A stretch of DNA of 64,000 nt, taken from positions 467,306 to 531,305 of the forward strand of contig JAMWCF010000001.1 in NCBI GenBank assembly GCA_023818695.1. The letters are read 5' to 3'. Source of the DNA: Candidatus Omnitrophota bacterium. GTDB taxonomy: Bacteria > Omnitrophota > Gorgyraeia > 1-14-0-20-64-10. Under the pieces are notes generated by a model. The model did not search any database, was not told where the DNA came from, and saw only the letters and a list, made by a program, of their open reading frames with translations. Shown one piece after another: positions 61,516 to 64,000 of this stretch (positions are counted from its first letter, which is position 1; every line of letters starts with the position of its first letter). The translations under genes were made by a program, and so were the position numbers.

Positions 61516-62527
61516 GAACCAGCCGGCCTTTCGGATCAATCTCCGCCCGGAACCGATGCGGCAGGTCTAGGGGGCCCTTCCTCTTGCCATCCGCCAGATG
61601 ATTCAGAGAAACCCAATGGCGGTGCCGGAAACCGCTGCGGTCCCCCTGCAAACGGGCTACCCCGTGGCGCAGGATCCCCATCCGCAGGCCGGCCGGAACC
61701 GACAGGAGGGCCCTCCTGTCGAAGTGGACTGCCCCGGAACCCACGCGGGCACTCCTTTTAAACTGCCGGGCCGCCTCCTCCTGCAGCCAGCCGAAATCCT
61801 CCCGCACGATATCGGCCAGCTGTGCTAGATGGTACCGCAGGGATCCGCTGTACCGGCGCTCCAGAAAAGGGATCAGCTCCCGGCGGACCCTGTTCCTGAA
61901 GAACCGAGTCGACCGGTTCGACCGGTCTTCCCTCGGCCGGATTTTCCTCTCTTTCAAAAAGTTCGCAATCTCTTTTTTCGTCGAGCTGATCATCGGCCGG
62001 ATAATCCGCAGTCCCCTCGAATGGCCGTTGTTCTGCCCGTTGACGGACCTCACCGGCGGAATCCCCATCAACCCGGTCGTCCCGGTCCCCCGAAGCAGCC
62101 ACATCAGCACCGTCTCCGCCTGATCGTCCAGGGTGTGCCCCACGGCGATCACCCGGCACCTTGTGCGCCTAGCCAGCGCCGTGAGGGCCTCGTACCTAGC
62201 CCGGCGGGCCGTCTCTTCCGGAGAAATCCCCGGCTGCTTCTTGACCCTCCGACGCAGAACAGTCACCGGAATTCCAAGCCGCTTGCCAAGGGAGCGGACG
62301 AATCGCTCTTCCCTTTTCGCGGCCGACGGGCGCAGCCCGTGGTTCACATAAGCGGCGGCGAGGGAGAGCCGCAGCACCCCCCTTAACTCCGAGAGGAGAA
62401 TCAGCAAGGCGGTCGAATCCGGCCCGCCGGAAACCGCCGCCAGAACCCTCTCTCTGGGCTTGAGCATCTCAAACCGTTCGATCGTTGCCCTGACTTTCTC
62501 GATCAGCATAGCTCCATCATAGGCCAA
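61502..62527 (-). CDS. tilS: tRNA(Ile)-lysidine synthase
   Basis: PP-loop [11 protein letters not shown]; 341 aa. Confidence 0.9.
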   Translation of the reverse strand: MAYDGAMLIEKVRATIERFEMLKPRERVLAAVSGGPDSTALLILLSELRGVLRLSLAAAYVNHGLRPSAAKREERFVRSLGKRLGIPVTVLRRRVKKQPGISPEETARRARYEALTALARRTRCRVIAVGHTLDDQAETVLMWLLRGTGTTGLMGIPPVRSVNGQNNGHSRGLRIIRPMISSTKKEIANFLKERKIRPREDRSNRSTRFFRNRVRRELIPFLERRYSGSLRYHLAQLADIVREDFGWLQEEAARQFKRSARVGSGAVHFDRRALLSVPAGLRMGILRHGVARLQGDRSGFRHRHWVSLNHLADGKRKGPLDLPHRFRAEIDPKGRLVLRRE

Positions 62528-62574
62528 AAAAAATCGGTTGGATATATAGACAATTGTCTGCTATTCTATCTTCC

Positions 62575-64000
62575 ATGGCGATCGCGTTGAGACGGGTTTG
62601 GAACCCTCCGAACCCTTATCTGACACAAGAGCGGGAACTGCTGGGGCAACCCCCGACCGCTGAACTCGAGGTGTACGAAGATGACTCCGACTCCATCCTC
62701 TCCCACAATGAATCCCCTGACATCGGTTTCCGCTGGAGCATCAACCCTTACCGGGGATGCTTCCATGCCTGCGCCTACTGCGTATCGGGCGATACCCCCA
62801 TCGCATTGGCAAACGGCCGCACAAAGACCATCGCGAACATTCGGGTAGGGGATGAGATTTACGGAACCGTCTTGTGCGGCAGATACCGCCGTTTCGTAAA
62901 AACGCCTGTACTGGCTCACTGGAGTGTTGTTAAACCGGCGTACCGCATCACACTTGAAGATGGAACCCAACTCATCGCCAGCGCCGACCATCGGTTTCTA
63001 ACAAACCGAGGATGGAAACATGTCACCGGCATACAGCACGGACAAACCAGACGACCGCACCTGACAATCGGAAACGAACTGCTCGGCACGGGTCAATTTA
63101 CAGCACCGCCCGAAGAAGATGCCGAATATCAGAAAGGATACCTGTGTGGCTTAATCCGGGGAGACGGATTGCTGGCCTCATACAATTACGATGGACGCCG
63201 ACGCGCTAACGATACCCAACACCAGTTTCGACTCGCACTTATCGATCTGGAAGCTCTGCATCGGGCGCGTCGATACCTGCTGACATTTGAGGTACCCACC
63301 CATGAGATTTTATTTCAACGAACAGTTGAGAAACACCAAGAGATGCGCGCGATTCGTACCAATGCTCGTTCCCATTTTGAACGAGTCTGTGAGATTGTCC
63401 GGTGGCCTGCGGCTGCGGACATCAACTGGTGCAAGGGTTTCCTGGCCGGCATTTTCGATGCGGAAGGCAGCTACAGTCGCGGGATCTTCCGGATCCACAA
63501 CACAAACCCCGATATCATTGCCTGCATCACCGACAGCTTCCGGCGATTCCGTTTCGACTACGCGGTCGAAAAAAGACCCGGCACCAACAGGCCTGTTTAT
63601 GTCGTCCGCCTGCGCGATGGTCTCACGGAACACCTGCGATTCTTCCAGACAACCGGCCCGGCCATTGCCCGGAAGAAAGATATTGCAGGTCAAGCAATCA
63701 AGAACAACGCCCGTCTACGCGTGGTCTCCATCGAGAAACTCGGGGTTTCAAAACGGATGTTTGACATCACCACCGGCACAGGGGACTTCATCGCCAACGG
63801 CGCCGTCAGCCACAACTGCTACGCTCGGCCGACGCACGAGTATCTGGGTCTGGGCGCTGGGACGGATTTCGAGAGGAAGATCTTCGTCAAGAAAAACGCG
63901 CCCCGACTCCTGGAGCAAGCGTTCCGCCGTCCCTCCTGGCGAGGAGAGCGGATTGTCTTTTCCGGTGTTACTGACTGCTATCAGCCTCTGGAGGCATCCT
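62575..64000 (+). CDS. Radical SAM protein (SplB/COG1533, PA0069-like family) interrupted by an intein; 3' end beyond the window
   Basis: Hand translation from the ATG at 62575: [15 protein letters not shown]...[29 protein letters not shown], then the intein, then [36 protein letters not shown]...[12 protein letters not shown]. No stop occurs before 64000, so it is absent from the ORF track. Confidence 0.85.
   Translation, partial: MAIALRRVWNPPNPYLTQERELLGQPPTAELEVYEDDSDSILSHNESPDIGFRWSINPYRGCFHACAYCVSGDTPIALANGRTKTIANIRVGDEIYGTVLCGRYRRFVKTPVLAHWSVVKPAYRITLEDGTQLIASADHRFLTNRGWKHVTGIQHGQTRRPHLTIGNELLGTGQFTAPPEEDAEYQKGYLCGLIRGDGLLASYNYDGRRRANDTQHQFRLALIDLEALHRARRYLLTFEVPTHEILFQRTVEKHQEMRAIRTNARSHFERVCEIVRWPAAADINWCKGFLAGIFDAEGSYSRGIFRIHNTNPDIIACITDSFRRFRFDYAVEKRPGTNRPVYVVRLRDGLTEHLRFFQTTGPAIARKKDIAGQAIKNNARLRVVSIEKLGVSKRMFDITTGTGDFIANGAVSHNCYARPTHEYLGLGAGTDFERKIFVKKNAPRLLEQAFRRPSWRGERIVFSGVTDCYQPLEAS
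62779..63816 (+). other. Intein (346 aa) with LAGLIDADG homing-endonuclease domain
   Basis: Block [11 protein letters not shown], block [21 protein letters not shown] motifs [10 protein letters not shown] and [12 protein letters not shown]-terminal [10 protein letters not shown] followed by the +1 Cys. Confidence 0.85.

Noticed and set aside
62566-63764. Track ORFs 62566-62991(-), 63012-63209(+), 63310-63693(-) and 63402-63764(+)
   Set aside because: All lie inside the continuous plus-strand radical-SAM/intein frame, which has clear family and intein motifs. They are alternative-frame artefacts.

Overview
High-GC bacterial chromosome segment, transcribed almost entirely on the minus strand. 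About 40 kb is one co-directional translation/transcription super-cluster: tRNA-Thr/Tyr/Gly/Thr, tuf, rpmG, tRNA-Trp, secE, nusG, rplKAJL, rpoBC, rpsLG, fusA, then the S10/spc/alpha ribosomal operons. L30 is absent and there is no second tuf. Downstream lie two aminotransferases, an IDH-like dehydrogenase, lipA, a glycosyltransferase/acyltransferase trio, pcm and a ~1360-aa secreted orphan protein. At the left edge a cobalamin riboswitch precedes a truncated TonB-dependent receptor. Upstream of the tRNAs lie nnrD, acpS, pdxJ, folP and ftsH. The most unusual region lies between ftsH and tilS, which are usually neighbours. It is a ~12.7 kb island bounded by two directly repeated, internally deleted IS copies (511 bp identical core) with a 14-bp near-perfect flanking duplication. 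The island encodes a PilZ-KASIII (FabH-like) fusion, two acyl carrier proteins, two GAF histidine kinases and seven receiver or pseudo-receiver proteins. Three of those seven are paralogous REC-pseudoREC proteins. It also encodes two HTH regulators and carries several gene lesions or remnants. At the right edge a radical SAM gene is split by a 346-aa LAGLIDADG intein inserted inside its CxxxCxxC iron-sulfur motif. Four real features are missing from the ORF track: rpmJ and rpmG (under 60 aa), and the two edge-truncated genes. Function calls rest on my recognition of conserved motifs. No database search was run.
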